From Rikenellaceae bacterium (GTDB lineage: Bacteria > Bacteroidota > Bacteroidia > Bacteroidales > UBA932): DNA of 61,530 bases. The position numbers were made by a program, and so were the translations under genes. Positions 26,998 through 37,625 of this stretch are shown here, piece by piece. Every line of letters starts with the position of its first letter. Position 1 is the first letter of the stretch. The stretch lies in contig CAAGHY010000062.1 of NCBI GenBank assembly GCA_900769735.1, positions 1 to 61,530 on the forward strand, read 5' to 3'. The notes beneath the pieces were generated by a model that was not told where the DNA came from, made no database searches, and saw only the letters and a list, made by a program, of their open reading frames with translations.

Positions 26998-28026
26998 CTA
27001 GAATTCAACAACAGTTCCAGCAATTGAATTCCATCCCTGCACATTTAACCTCATCTCCAAAGTACCGTACTCCAAATCCTTGTCAGGATCAAGTGATCCG
27101 GGTCTGTAAATTTTCACATCTACAGTATAACTGCTGTTTCTCCTAAGATTCTTGATTGGAATGGGGTAATAATAGGTGATTCCATCCAATGTACCCTCAA
27201 TCACCAGCCTTGTAAACCTGTTGTCATCCGTTTCAATATTCATGTTGTTTTCATAGCAGTAGTAATAGTGAGGTGTGCTGTAGGTTGTCTCACTGATGCT
27301 TTCAGTCAATTCATCATACAGCATTCCCTGCATTGTAATCCCGGTCATATCTTCCGGTACATATTTTTTATAGTTCACTATTTTCAAGTCTGAGCCGCTT
27401 CCATCCCACAGACGTTTCTGTGCCTGTACATTTGTAAGGTATGCCTTCACATTCTGCAAAGGGACCCCAGCAAACGGGGAACCTGCAAAAGAAACGGTAA
27501 CCGAGTTAAGCCTGATCCTTGAAACCATTCTGGTCAAAACCAATGACAAGGCAGTCTCTGAATTCACAGTTACCTCCTGCGAGGCAAACATAACAAAGTT
27601 CCTCACATTCTCCTTGCACAGATCTACCAACTGACTTTCAATGTTTTCTCTGGTAACACCGTCGGACCAGTCTTCTTTTTGTGAATTGGCAATTACATAA
27701 ACCATCTTTTTACCTGTTGTTGTCTTTACAACAATATTTGAAAGATTGCCCAACTCATTACCAGTGAGCTTTTTATAACCGTCAAACATACCGTCATCAG
27801 CAGCCCCCTCGTGAACCCTGAAGACAAATATCTCCAGTGTATTGATATTATTGTCTTCATACTGGTCACCATGTCCGTCTCCCGAAGCCCTTGTAATTAC
27901 ATCATTCACCAATGAAATCTTGATCAGCCCCTCCTGCCCAGGGATCTCCTCACTCCTGATTTCCTCTTTCGTGCAACTGCTCGCCATTGCTGCAATTGCC
28001 CCCATAGCAATAAATACTTTCTTCAT
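26998..28026 (-). CDS. Fimbrillin (FimA/Mfa1-like type V pilus stalk subunit, lipoprotein precursor)
   Basis: The start was moved to MKKVFIAMGAIAAMASSC, which carries the lipobox. The ORF-track start at 28077 would overlap the upstream gene. Size and beta-rich composition fit a fimbrillin. Confidence 0.7.
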   Translation of the reverse strand: MKKVFIAMGAIAAMASSCTKEEIRSEEIPGQEGLIKISLVNDVITRASGDGHGDQYEDNNINTLEIFVFRVHEGAADDGMFDGYKKLTGNELGNLSNIVVKTTTGKKMVYVIANSQKEDWSDGVTRENIESQLVDLCKENVRNFVMFASQEVTVNSETALSLVLTRMVSRIRLNSVTVSFAGSPFAGVPLQNVKAYLTNVQAQKRLWDGSGSDLKIVNYKKYVPEDMTGITMQGMLYDELTESISETTYSTPHYYYCYENNMNIETDDNRFTRLVIEGTLDGITYYYPIPIKNLRRNSSYTVDVKIYRPGSLDPDKDLEYGTLEMRLNVQGWNSIAGTVVEF

Positions 28027-28039
28027 AACTTGTTTTGGT

Positions 28040-29974
28040 TTAGTTTTTAAAAATTTCATATTTTTTGATAAGTGCACTTATTTCCGGATCAAGGTTTCCT
28101 CTGTGCCGCATTGTGTCATCCTGCTCCACCGAGTTCATAAAATACTGTACAGCAAGAGGTTCATTTCCAAGTCTGCTGTAAACCACTGCAAGCATATAGT
28201 CCCTTCTGGCATCCCTTGGCAATCCAAGCAGCACCTGCAGAGCAGACTGGTTATAATCCATACACACAAACGCTACAGCTGTATTGTAGCAGTCATATGG
28301 ACGGAGCAAGGTTACCGCTCTTTTGTAATCCCTCCCCTTCAACGCCTCAACACCGTTCATATATGCTGTATCCAGTTCCGTTGTATGTACGGTATCCTTA
28401 ACCACACCTTTCCGGTGCAGCTTGAAATTGAACTTCACCCTCCTGAGCTTGGGATAAATCTCCTCCTTAACATACCTGAAATCCTTTGTCTTTTTCAAGG
28501 CATCTTCCCTGGCATCCAGATCTGCAATACCATACAGTGCCATAATAACCCCTCTGTCCGCAAGCAGAGTATCATTCACCACCAGGGAATACAACCCGTC
28601 CCAATCCTCCGGCACAGCTGAAACCTTAATGTTTCCCACATCAAAATTCCCCTCTTCCTTTTCTTCTTCCCGATAGTTTTCATCAGCATTTATCTTCCAC
28701 ACTTCCCGTTCCACAGAATCCCTGCAATACTCCACATAGTCAGAAACATATTTTCTTATGGCCTCCCCCCTTTTGAATGAGACCTTTTCATTCACACCCA
28801 ACCTCCCATCCGGGGAACCGCTGGCCGTAATGAGTATTGAATCCATCACATATTCACTGTTGCCCAATATTTGGGAGATGTTTCTCCTTATGGAGGAGAG
28901 TTCCTTGCCGTTAAGGGAGTAATCCGGATCTATCTCCCATCTGTTCTTCCTGAACTCTATGTTATAGGATGTGCTCAGATCAAGATCCCTGTACACCACT
29001 TTTTTCAGATATCTTTTTGATTCATCTGCAAAAGAGGATATTGAACTTATGTAAAATGTAATTGGGTCCGTCATCTCCAGGTTGCACAGCTTGCGTCCAT
29101 TGGTATATACCTCCCCGTGCATCACCATATCCACTCTTTTCAATCCAGGCCTTGTCTTCAAGGTCTGCACATAGTAATACCTTATTCCATTCATTGATTT
29201 GTCATATACAACTGAATCAAGCCTTACACCCCCATTGGGAAAAGGATCCACCACAAATCTGTTGTAGACACTCTTCTCCGCTCCTGCCCTGTTGGCATTC
29301 ATTTTATCCATAAGCTTCATTCTGTAATGCTGACCGGCCTTATTGCGCAAGCTGTCCAACCCTACTCCTCCAGAATAGTGTTCTGCCCTTGCCATAAACC
29401 TTTCCAGAAGCTTTTGCCTTACAAAAAGGGTATCAGCCACCTCCTGCGGAACAATCTTCCGCATATAGTTCCCGTACATACTGTGCTCCCAGTTCTGTAC
29501 CCTGCGGAACCTCTCACCTGTAACATAAATCATATCAGCAGCAAGGGTATCCCCCAACACATAATACTGTGGCGTGAAACGTACCTGCCACATCCTGTTC
29601 TGCAACTCCAGCGGCACGGAGAGTTCAAACACAAGATCCACTGCGCCATTGCGTTCGGCAACGTGCCTGAACTTGGCCACCACAACTATTTCATCCAGTT
29701 CATCTGCGGCAACCATCTCACCGCTCTCCTCATCTTTAACGGCATTCATAATAATCCTGTTACCCTGCAGGTCAGTAACCTCCACAATCTGGGCACCATC
29801 ATCCCCACCAGGCTGCAACTGGTTGCAATCCACATCATCCAGGCTGCCAACAGCCACACGTGCGGTAATCCCGGAATCCTTAAGGAGTGCCAGTTTCCTT
29901 CCTCCGGCACAACCTTGAAACAGAAGGAAACACACCACCAGAACAGCACCTTTATAATACACTCCAGTCTTCAT
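28040..29974 (-). CDS. DUF3868-like large lipoprotein of type V pilus loci with a TPR-like C-terminus
   Basis: Lipobox LFQGC, 644 aa, positioned between the DUF3575-like barrel and the fimbrillin. Confidence 0.65.
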   Translation of the reverse strand: MKTGVYYKGAVLVVCFLLFQGCAGGRKLALLKDSGITARVAVGSLDDVDCNQLQPGGDDGAQIVEVTDLQGNRIIMNAVKDEESGEMVAADELDEIVVVAKFRHVAERNGAVDLVFELSVPLELQNRMWQVRFTPQYYVLGDTLAADMIYVTGERFRRVQNWEHSMYGNYMRKIVPQEVADTLFVRQKLLERFMARAEHYSGGVGLDSLRNKAGQHYRMKLMDKMNANRAGAEKSVYNRFVVDPFPNGGVRLDSVVYDKSMNGIRYYYVQTLKTRPGLKRVDMVMHGEVYTNGRKLCNLEMTDPITFYISSISSFADESKRYLKKVVYRDLDLSTSYNIEFRKNRWEIDPDYSLNGKELSSIRRNISQILGNSEYVMDSILITASGSPDGRLGVNEKVSFKRGEAIRKYVSDYVEYCRDSVEREVWKINADENYREEEKEEGNFDVGNIKVSAVPEDWDGLYSLVVNDTLLADRGVIMALYGIADLDAREDALKKTKDFRYVKEEIYPKLRRVKFNFKLHRKGVVKDTVHTTELDTAYMNGVEALKGRDYKRAVTLLRPYDCYNTAVAFVCMDYNQSALQVLLGLPRDARRDYMLAVVYSRLGNEPLAVQYFMNSVEQDDTMRHRGNLDPEISALIKKYEIFKN

Positions 29975-29975
29975 A

Positions 29976-30530
29976 TTACAGTATCAGTGAAAGCTGTACC
30001 AGCATATTTGAAGGTGCCACAAATATCTTCTTCCCCTTTTCCTCCACTTTGCCGCATTTTGGGCAAGAATATCTGGTATAGGATGTACCGCCACCTTGCA
30101 ATCCCAATGCGAAATCAAGGTTCCACCTTTCATTCAGCATAAGAGAGTAACCTCCTCCGAAAGTGAGTGATCCCGCCGCACCTTCATACGCATACTCATC
30201 CTTGATTCCACCGGTATTATAAAGTGAGCCTCCCAAATGGGAATTTAGGAACCATCCGCTGTTGGTATACCAGAACCAGTATCTGGCACCCAAGGCAACT
30301 CCGGCAACCCTGTTCTGCTTCTGTCCGTATATATTGAAAGTAAAAGGATTGTACCTGCCCCTTGCATAAAAGGACCATTTGGGCAACGGGTTTAAACCAA
30401 ACTCCACATTGATTGTTCCAAGATTAAGGTAATCCAGCAGATTGGTTGCCACATACATATTCTGCGCCGCTGCATTGCCGCTTAAAAGGAGCGCCGCAAG
30501 CGCTGCCACAAGAATGTTGATTTTTTTCAT
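29976..30530 (-). CDS. DUF3575-like small outer-membrane beta-barrel
   Basis: The start was set at MKKINILVAALAALLLSGNAAAQ (signal peptide). The 42-aa N-terminal extension in the ORF track looks non-coding. Confidence 0.7.
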   Translation of the reverse strand: MKKINILVAALAALLLSGNAAAQNMYVATNLLDYLNLGTINVEFGLNPLPKWSFYARGRYNPFTFNIYGQKQNRVAGVALGARYWFWYTNSGWFLNSHLGGSLYNTGGIKDEYAYEGAAGSLTFGGGYSLMLNERWNLDFALGLQGGGTSYTRYSCPKCGKVEEKGKKIFVAPSNMLVQLSLIL

Positions 30531-30714
30531 CGCAAAATTTTTTCTGCGAAAATACCCGGCTTCCGCAAGGATGCGCTCCTGAAAAAGATAAACATACCGG
30601 TTCTTTGAAATTTTTTTCTTTTTCAGGAATCCTGTTGCTCTTTTTAAAAAAGACAAAAACTCATTATGTGCATAATTTGCTTTTCACTAAAAAATAACAT
30701 CAAAATTTACAGTT

Positions 30715-31248
30715 ATGGAAAAAAGACATTGGTGGGGTCCCCTTATTCTGGGGATAATAATTCTGCTGTTGGGAGCGGCAATCCTGCTGTTTCCTCAGAC
30801 AAGCTATCTTACAATGGCCCTAATGTTCGGCCTTGTGATCATTCTGTCGGGAGTAATGTACATAGGAATGGCAACTTCCAGGGATGTGCGTGGCAAAGGG
30901 TGGCTGATTGCTTCAGGTATCATTGAGATAATTCTGGGTATTGCCCTTACGGCAATGCCGGCTGTATCAGCAATTGCCCTTCCTCTTTGCTTGGGATTCT
31001 GGCTTCTGTTCAAAGGTTGTTCTCTCATTGGAATAGGTTACGGTCTCCGAAATACAGAAGGAAGCGGCTGGGGATGGACAATCTTTTCGGCCATTATGCT
31101 TATCATCTGCGGTATAATAATCCTTATGCAGCCCATACTCTACGGTATGGAGGCCGTCATATGGTGGACAGGTATATCATTCCTCATTGGTGGAGGCACC
31201 CTTATGAACTATGCCTTCAAGCTGAAAAATGATCCCACAATAGGATAA
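30715..31248 (+). CDS. HdeD/DUF308-family membrane protein
   Basis: 177 aa with six TM helices and a repeated Gly-rich helix pattern. Confidence 0.65.
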   Translation: MEKRHWWGPLILGIIILLLGAAILLFPQTSYLTMALMFGLVIILSGVMYIGMATSRDVRGKGWLIASGIIEIILGIALTAMPAVSAIALPLCLGFWLLFKGCSLIGIGYGLRNTEGSGWGWTIFSAIMLIICGIIILMQPILYGMEAVIWWTGISFLIGGGTLMNYAFKLKNDPTIG

Positions 31249-31251
31249 AAA

Positions 31252-31279
31252 ACGGGCCCCGGAAATCTCCGGAGCCCGT
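31252..31279. terminator. Bidirectional intrinsic terminator
   Basis: ACGGGC-C-CCGGA, loop AATC, TCCGG-A-GCCCGT, flanked by A6 and T8. Confidence 0.7.
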
Positions 31280-31307
31280 TTTTTTTGTTCAAGTGCAAAG
31301 TGTTGCG

Positions 31308-32558
31308 CTAGAAATTAACCCTCAATGACATCTGCATCCTGTTGTTGTGATGGTATGTGTCATCAATGTTGCGTCTGCTTCCCCAAAGATACTCCACACC
31401 TGTACTCAACACCGGTGAAACCTTGTATATCAGGTTGGTTACAAAGTAAGAGGCATTCTTGTACGTTCCGTCAGGCATAGGTTTTGCCTTGTCGGGAAGA
31501 AAACACTTCACCTCACTGAAGGTGGCTGACGCAGACAATTTCTGGGAAATGACATACTGCAGCCCAAGGTAAGATGCCACAACCTCAACACCTTCCATAC
31601 CGCCGCTGCCATCCTTCAAAGGAACCATATCCATTCCAAGCCCCTGCAAATCCTGCACGTATGAGGCAATTCCCTTTCCAAACACACTCTGGCTGTATAG
31701 GGTAAACCTCTTCCCGAAAGGGCTGGCGCCACTCAGTTTGATACCCAAACCCATCTCGTTCTCCCTGCTTCTGGAGACATTGTTGTAATATCCCATATTT
31801 CTCATTATTCCGGAAAGTCTCAACCATCCTTTCCCCTCTTTCCAACTGTACTGCACATATAGAGGGATATCAGGGATACGCTGGTTTACAGCATCCCTGT
31901 CCATCACATATGTTGCATTTACAAACGGCATCTCAAGTCCTATACCCACTTTCCAGTGCTTTGTAAGGGCAAGCTGGTAATCAATTACGGTGTTGAAGAG
32001 GAATGTCATTGCATTGGGGCCCTGCTGGTCTATGGTCTGGGCTGCCGCTGCACCATCTGTAAAGAGGCTGGTTGTGTAACCCACCGTAAGATTGCGGTAG
32101 GTGAGGTATGCCGCCTTCAATGAGAATCCGTAGGAATCCATTCCGTCTGCAAACCCAAAATCTATGTAGGCACCCACTTTATTTTCAGTTTGCGGCAGAG
32201 CCACAAAGTTGAAGAAGATGTTTGATGATGCCGCACTCATCTGCCACAAGTAACTGTTTCCCGGAGGGTTGTCCATAGGAATTGCACTTGTAACAAAGTA
32301 TACAGGACTCTCAATAGGGTTACCGAAATCATACGATACAGAACCCCTTATGTATCCACCTATACCCAAATAGAACTCCTGCTCCTTGCCTATCACTGAG
32401 AATCTTGGCATTCCCGGAGCGTTGAAATACTTTGGAGCATTCTCCTCCAAAACTTTAAGCACTACTGTATCTCTCACCTGTGCATCAGCTCTCTGCACAT
32501 TAAGGAGAGAAATGGTGGCCGCAAATATGCCGGCCACCATAATTTTTGCAAGTTTCAT
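31308..32558 (-). CDS. Outer-membrane porin-like beta-barrel
   Basis: Signal peptide ..QRADAQ and C-terminal ..LRVNF. The ATG at 32558 is preferred over the TTG at 32582, which would overlap the ompA-like stop. Confidence 0.7.
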   Translation of the reverse strand: MKLAKIMVAGIFAATISLLNVQRADAQVRDTVVLKVLEENAPKYFNAPGMPRFSVIGKEQEFYLGIGGYIRGSVSYDFGNPIESPVYFVTSAIPMDNPPGNSYLWQMSAASSNIFFNFVALPQTENKVGAYIDFGFADGMDSYGFSLKAAYLTYRNLTVGYTTSLFTDGAAAAQTIDQQGPNAMTFLFNTVIDYQLALTKHWKVGIGLEMPFVNATYVMDRDAVNQRIPDIPLYVQYSWKEGKGWLRLSGIMRNMGYYNNVSRSRENEMGLGIKLSGASPFGKRFTLYSQSVFGKGIASYVQDLQGLGMDMVPLKDGSGGMEGVEVVASYLGLQYVISQKLSASATFSEVKCFLPDKAKPMPDGTYKNASYFVTNLIYKVSPVLSTGVEYLWGSRRNIDDTYHHNNRMQMSLRVNF

Positions 32559-32565
32559 CTTAATA

Positions 32566-33750
32566 TCATTCTTGGTCCTCAATCACTACAACTCTATTAA
32601 GCTGGGCCTTGTCAAATTTCTGCTGCTGTGAACCCACAGCCACAATCCTCAACTGATCTGGATTCACTCCAAACTGCTCCACCATTGCTTTGTATACAGC
32701 CTCACCCCTCTTCTGGCTCAACTGCATATTGAACTCAGGTGTACCGGTCTCCTTGTCTGCAGAAGCATAAAGGACATATCGTTTTTCAGGGAACTGTTTG
32801 AGCATATCAGCCACATAACCAATGTTTACCATTGCCTTGTCATTCAAATTGGCTTTACCTATCTCAAAGAAGATTGCCAAATCAGGAAATACAGGCACTG
32901 GCAACTCCTCATTTCTCTCCTGGACAAGTTCTGAATTCTGTTTTTCAAGCTGCTGCAAAAGCTGGGCACGCTTCTGTTCAGCCTTGGCCAACATACTCTC
33001 AAGCATTGCAATCTCCTCTACATATCTGGTATTGTCCTCTATAACCACAAGGTCTGAAGCCCGCTGGAATCCAACTGTACCAAATTTATAAGAGATGCCG
33101 GCTGTTACCGATACCAGTGCTGTTACACCATTGTTCATATTGCTGAATGTGTATCGCTGGTTCACAATCATACTCTTCATATCTATGCTGATATCCACTG
33201 CATCTGAGATTGTCCAGTTATGCAACAGACCTGCACTCAACGCAATCTCATCCTTGCTGGTAGAGTTTCCGCTTGAACGGGCCCAACCAACACCGGCATA
33301 AGGTACAAGGTTCCAGAACCTGTCTATCCTTTCACCGCCAATTGCATTGGAAATGTTCCATAGAAAATCTGCGTGAAGGTTCATTGTATTGAATTTCTCC
33401 CTATAATATCCCTCGGCATCAGGAGAACCGTAAGAATAAGGGAGCTGGCCATAAGTCCACCCTTTTGCCTTCAATCCCGAATACTGGAACCTTACACCCA
33501 CAGAAGGTGTGATCCATTTGCCCACAGAAATGTCAAGTGCAGGGGCAATCCTCTTGCCAAAGCTTCCGTGGCCGTCACTCTGCCCAAAATAAACCTGGGC
33601 ACCGCCACCTGCTGTAATGAACCAGTTGTCCCAGAAACCATTGGTTACATAAGGGCCTTTCTGGCCTTGCACTTCAATTACAGTTTCATCCTGGGCATAT
33701 ACACAAACGCCGAAAAGAGAAACCATCAAAACTAAAAATACCTTTTTCAT
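32566..33750 (-). CDS. OmpA-family outer-membrane protein (barrel, coiled coil and OmpA_C peptidoglycan-binding domain)
   Basis: Signal peptide, a central coiled coil (LESMLAKAEQKRAQLLQQLEKQ) and a C-terminal LSQKRGEAVYKAM motif. Confidence 0.85.
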   Translation of the reverse strand: MKKVFLVLMVSLFGVCVYAQDETVIEVQGQKGPYVTNGFWDNWFITAGGGAQVYFGQSDGHGSFGKRIAPALDISVGKWITPSVGVRFQYSGLKAKGWTYGQLPYSYGSPDAEGYYREKFNTMNLHADFLWNISNAIGGERIDRFWNLVPYAGVGWARSSGNSTSKDEIALSAGLLHNWTISDAVDISIDMKSMIVNQRYTFSNMNNGVTALVSVTAGISYKFGTVGFQRASDLVVIEDNTRYVEEIAMLESMLAKAEQKRAQLLQQLEKQNSELVQERNEELPVPVFPDLAIFFEIGKANLNDKAMVNIGYVADMLKQFPEKRYVLYASADKETGTPEFNMQLSQKRGEAVYKAMVEQFGVNPDQLRIVAVGSQQQKFDKAQLNRVVVIEDQE

Positions 33751-33955
33751 AATGCATCAATTTTAAATTAATCCGCTATTACTCTACTCAACAGATATTT
33801 TCAGCATTTGTTTCAATGAATGAAAAAACTTCACTTCACAAGGGCAAAAATCCATACCGCAACAAGACTCTCTCCAAAAGCCCCGCAAAGCAGAACATTC
33901 CGCAACATATTTTGTTTCTAAAGGGAAATTTGATTTTAATTTTAAAATTGGAGCA

Positions 33956-34549
33956 ATGAAAAGATTTTATCTATTGTCAATCACCCTTCTTACCTTACTA
34001 TTTATTGGAAACGGACTATATGCCCAGGATTTCGGTTCTGAAACCACTATGACAAAACAGGAAGCACGCAAAGCGGCAAGAGCTGCCCATAAGAAAGCTA
34101 TGGAAGCCCAGAGCCAGGCCCAGTTTGAACAGGCTGTACAATGTCTTAAAGACGGGTATTTTGTAATTGAAGCGGACCAGCTCCTTTTCCCTCAAGGCCT
34201 CACTAAATTTGTATCAGGCATCACAAACTTTGTATCAATGAATGAGGGCAAAGCAGTAATACAGATTGCAACCAGCAATTTCAGACCTGGCCCTAACGGT
34301 GTTGGCGGAATTACAGTAGAGGGTAATGTATCCAACATAACAATGAGTACAACCAAACGCGGCGGTGTATACTACAACTTTATGGTACAGGGAATTGCTG
34401 TATCGGCAAGCGTAAACATCCAGCTTACAGGAGACGGCAACAGGGCAACTGTTACCATTTACCCTAATTTCAACAGCAACAACCTTACTATGACAGGTTC
34501 TCTTGTACCATACAATGAGTCAGAAGTGTTTCAAGGCCGTACATTTTAG
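33956..34549 (+). CDS. DUF4251-like secreted protein
   Basis: 197 aa with the signal peptide ..GLYAQ. No catalytic motif recognised. Confidence 0.6.
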   Translation: MKRFYLLSITLLTLLFIGNGLYAQDFGSETTMTKQEARKAARAAHKKAMEAQSQAQFEQAVQCLKDGYFVIEADQLLFPQGLTKFVSGITNFVSMNEGKAVIQIATSNFRPGPNGVGGITVEGNVSNITMSTTKRGGVYYNFMVQGIAVSASVNIQLTGDGNRATVTIYPNFNSNNLTMTGSLVPYNESEVFQGRTF

Positions 34550-34560
34550 GCACGTTTACC

Positions 34561-37500
34561 TTAAACAGGTATGACAATATCTGCTGAAAGGTACCACAAA
34601 TAACCTTTAACATTGGTATAACCCATTGCGGTGAGCAGTTCCTTGTATCTGCTCACCTGTTTTTTGTATCCGCCCAACTGAGCGGTATCTTCAGAGGAAT
34701 AGGCTCCAAACTTGTAATCTATAACAATAGCCTCATCTCCCTTTACCAGAACCCTGTCGGGACGCTTCTCCTCACCGGAAGGGGTTAATATGCTGCACTC
34801 GTTAAGCACTTTGTACTCCCTGCCAAACCAGCCGTACTCCTGCACAGATGCAACCTTCTGTTGCACCATCTCCAACAGTTCCTCACTACTGCAGCTTGCC
34901 ACACCCTCTGCACAGGCCCTCTCTACCGCACCGGCAATATCCTCGCCATACTCTACCAATGAGAATACATAATGCATTGCAATTCCGTGTTCCCTGATGC
35001 TCTCCCCTCCCTGCAACGATCCGCTCTGGGCAGCAGTACGTGTCCTCTTCTCCAACAACCCGTGATGGAACACTCTGCCCAACTTCATTTTCCCCTCTTT
35101 AACGGTATCTTTCCCGGCACAACCGCTCTCTCCCCAAACCTTCTTGCCCTCAGAATCAAGCTCGCACACTTGCGTACAATATTTGTAAAGCATATCAGAA
35201 ACCGCCGTTACAGATGTCTCCCCGGATTTGTCCAGCTTGGCCTGGGGGGCAAAAATTATCATCTCATCCTTGGCCCTGGTAAATGCAACATACACAGTAT
35301 TGAGTGCATCTATACACGCAGCAAGCCTCTCCTTTCTGTAGTTATTCTCAAAATATGTCTCAAGAAGCCCCTTAGAATATTTTACAGGTACAGGCATACC
35401 GTTGAAACTGCTCCACAAAGTAGGTGACATAAGCGGCTTATGATCCAGATTCTCCTTCAGGAACGGCACAATCACCACATTGAAGCCCAATCCTTTTGAT
35501 TTGTGTATTGTCATAACCCTTATGGCATCCATATCCTCAGGTGCAGAAACGGTACATTTTATACCGCTCTCATCCCACCACTTGAGGAACTGCCCAATAT
35601 TGGTCCCCTTGCTGTTGGTAAACTCAAGCACAAGATCCAGTAACGCCTGCAAATATGCCACATCCCCCTTCTCCTCCTCTGAAAGGGTTTCCCTTACAAT
35701 TGCCTCACACAACTGATACAAGGAATAATGGCTTATCTGCTCCACGGTTGGAATACTCTGGAACATTCTCATTATCCTCAATGAATCACTCTGCGGATTG
35801 TCAATCTCCCTCAATACATTCACCACCTTCTGCACAGCCAAAGAAGAGGCCACATAAAGGGAATCACTGGAAATCACATCATACCCGTTCTCCAGAAGCT
35901 TTTCAGCCACCAGATTACCATCCTTGCCGGTTCTCACCAGCACAGCAATATCCTTCTGCCTGTAACCTCCTGCCAGAAGTGCAGCCACCTTTTCCGGCAA
36001 CATACCAAGAGCAGCCTCCTGAAAATCCTCCTCCTCACCATCAATGAAATTCACCTCCACATACCCCCTCTTATCCAGTCTCCCGGCAGGTATCTTCTGC
36101 TCAAGCTGGGAATATACCTCAACCACATCATTTCCACCCAACTCCACTATCCCCTGCGCCTCTTTGGCACAATATTCAAAAAACTTGTTGTTGAACTCTA
36201 TTATATTCACACCACTGCGGTAATTGAACTCCAGATTGTCATCCTTGAGCTCATCCTCCCTGAACTGCGAATAAATGTCCTCCTTAAGGATCTTCCAGTC
36301 GGAACCCCTCCAGCGGTAGATACTCTGCTTCACATCCCCCACCATCAGGTTCCTGTTCCCCTCCGCCAGACTGTTCTTGAGCAAAGGGTAAAAATTCCTC
36401 CACTGCAAAGAAGAGGTATCCTGGAACTCATCCAGCATAAAATGGTCCAACTTGGCCCCTATCTTCTCATACACAAACGGAGTGTCACTACCGTCTATAA
36501 TTTTACCAAGCAGCTCAGTGGACTCAGAAAGGAGAATTATGTTCTTCTCCCTGCAATACTCCAGCACCTTGGCATATATATCATTGAGAATTCCCAGCAC
36601 ATTCACATTTGAAAGGAGCACCATTGCCGTAGCATACCCCCTGTACCCGTTCTCAAACAGGGAAATTATCTTCCCGACAATTTCATTCAATGCAGGATAC
36701 ACCATCTCAATCTCCCCAGGACAACTCTTTCCCTTGTACCAGTTTCCCTTATTGTCATACAGAGCCATAAATGTAGCCGTAGGCGGCACCACAGTCCCTT
36801 TTCCCCTCTTCATCTCCTCCACTTTCTGAAAATAATTGAAAGGGGAACGGCTTCCCCCCTTAAAATCAGAAGCACTCAAACCACCCTCTGCAATACTTCT
36901 GTTGCCCATTTTCGCCAACTCAACAAGCTCCTTCTCAAAACCGTCGGCCATACCCTTAAGGCTGTTCTTCAACTGCGCAACCTCATCTATGGTTATATCC
37001 TCAAAATTCTTCTCCCCCTTCTCCTTGGCCAGTTTGAACTCCTCACTGAAAATCTGGTTGCCCAACTTGAGGATCTCTCCCTTTACATTCCAGGAACTTC
37101 CCTTATCCACAGCCTCCAATGAATAATCAATCAACCACTCCAGCAGTTTCTGGTTCTGCGGCTCATCAAGCTGCACAAACATCTTGTCCACAGCCCTCAT
37201 AAGGACGCTCTCCTTATCAAGCTCCACATTATAGGTGGCCATCCTCCCCAGCTCCCTGGCAAAAGAGCGCATAACAAGCTGGAAAAACTTGTCAATTGTA
37301 CTTACCCTGAAAGATGTATAATCGTGCAGGATTGAAACCAGTATCTCCTTGGCCTTTTCACGCACCCAAACCTCATCCTTCCCGGTAAAGGCCATTATAC
37401 GCTCAAGGTAATCAGACTTAACCCCAGGCTGGGAAAGCAGATGCAGCTGCTCCAGAATCCTCTGCTTCATCTCATCCGTAGCCTTGTTGGTAAAAGTAAC

Positions 37501-37611
37501 TGCCAAAATATGCTTGAAGGCAAAAGGCTTGGAAAACAAGAGTTCCATATACTCACCTGTAAGCCTGTGTGTCTTTCCGGCTCCTGCCGACGCTTTCAAT
37601 ACTTCTATCAT
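34561..37611 (-). CDS. UvrD/PcrA-type helicase with a C-terminal PD-(D/E)XK nuclease (AddA/RecB-like)
   Basis: Walker A GAGKTH, Walker B DEFQDTS, C-terminal RPDRV...VIDYK. The ATG at 37611 is preferred over the TTG at 37665. Confidence 0.85.
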   Translation of the reverse strand: MIEVLKASAGAGKTHRLTGEYMELLFSKPFAFKHILAVTFTNKATDEMKQRILEQLHLLSQPGVKSDYLERIMAFTGKDEVWVREKAKEILVSILHDYTSFRVSTIDKFFQLVMRSFARELGRMATYNVELDKESVLMRAVDKMFVQLDEPQNQKLLEWLIDYSLEAVDKGSSWNVKGEILKLGNQIFSEEFKLAKEKGEKNFEDITIDEVAQLKNSLKGMADGFEKELVELAKMGNRSIAEGGLSASDFKGGSRSPFNYFQKVEEMKRGKGTVVPPTATFMALYDNKGNWYKGKSCPGEIEMVYPALNEIVGKIISLFENGYRGYATAMVLLSNVNVLGILNDIYAKVLEYCREKNIILLSESTELLGKIIDGSDTPFVYEKIGAKLDHFMLDEFQDTSSLQWRNFYPLLKNSLAEGNRNLMVGDVKQSIYRWRGSDWKILKEDIYSQFREDELKDDNLEFNYRSGVNIIEFNNKFFEYCAKEAQGIVELGGNDVVEVYSQLEQKIPAGRLDKRGYVEVNFIDGEEEDFQEAALGMLPEKVAALLAGGYRQKDIAVLVRTGKDGNLVAEKLLENGYDVISSDSLYVASSLAVQKVVNVLREIDNPQSDSLRIMRMFQSIPTVEQISHYSLYQLCEAIVRETLSEEEKGDVAYLQALLDLVLEFTNSKGTNIGQFLKWWDESGIKCTVSAPEDMDAIRVMTIHKSKGLGFNVVIVPFLKENLDHKPLMSPTLWSSFNGMPVPVKYSKGLLETYFENNYRKERLAACIDALNTVYVAFTRAKDEMIIFAPQAKLDKSGETSVTAVSDMLYKYCTQVCELDSEGKKVWGESGCAGKDTVKEGKMKLGRVFHHGLLEKRTRTAAQSGSLQGGESIREHGIAMHYVFSLVEYGEDIAGAVERACAEGVASCSSEELLEMVQQKVASVQEYGWFGREYKVLNECSILTPSGEEKRPDRVLVKGDEAIVIDYKFGAYSSEDTAQLGGYKKQVSRYKELLTAMGYTNVKGYLWYLSADIVIPV

Positions 37612-37625
37612 TTCTACACCCTCCC

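Noticed and set aside
27842-30142. Long antisense ORFs inside large genes. Examples are 27842-28621, 29327-30142, 41738-42313, 56880-57443, 58481-59023, 60150-60734 and 60978-61472.
   Set aside because: These are shadow ORFs opposite well-supported genes. They have low-complexity or biased composition and no recognisable motifs.
30577-30628. Perfect 11-bp inverted repeat (TCCTGAAAAAG / CTTTTTCAGGA) with a 30-nt spacer upstream of the pilus locus, considered as an invertible promoter switch
   Set aside because: The enclosed segment is far too small for a Bacteroides-type invertible promoter, and no recombinase gene is nearby. An A/T-rich 11-mer inverted repeat is expected about once by chance in 60 kb. 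It could still be a simple operator or leader hairpin.
33816-33959. 47-aa Lys-rich ORF ending in ATGA overlap with the DUF4251-like gene start
   Set aside because: It lies in an AT-rich divergent promoter region, has no hydrophobic or structured character and no promoter box upstream. It most likely occurs by chance.
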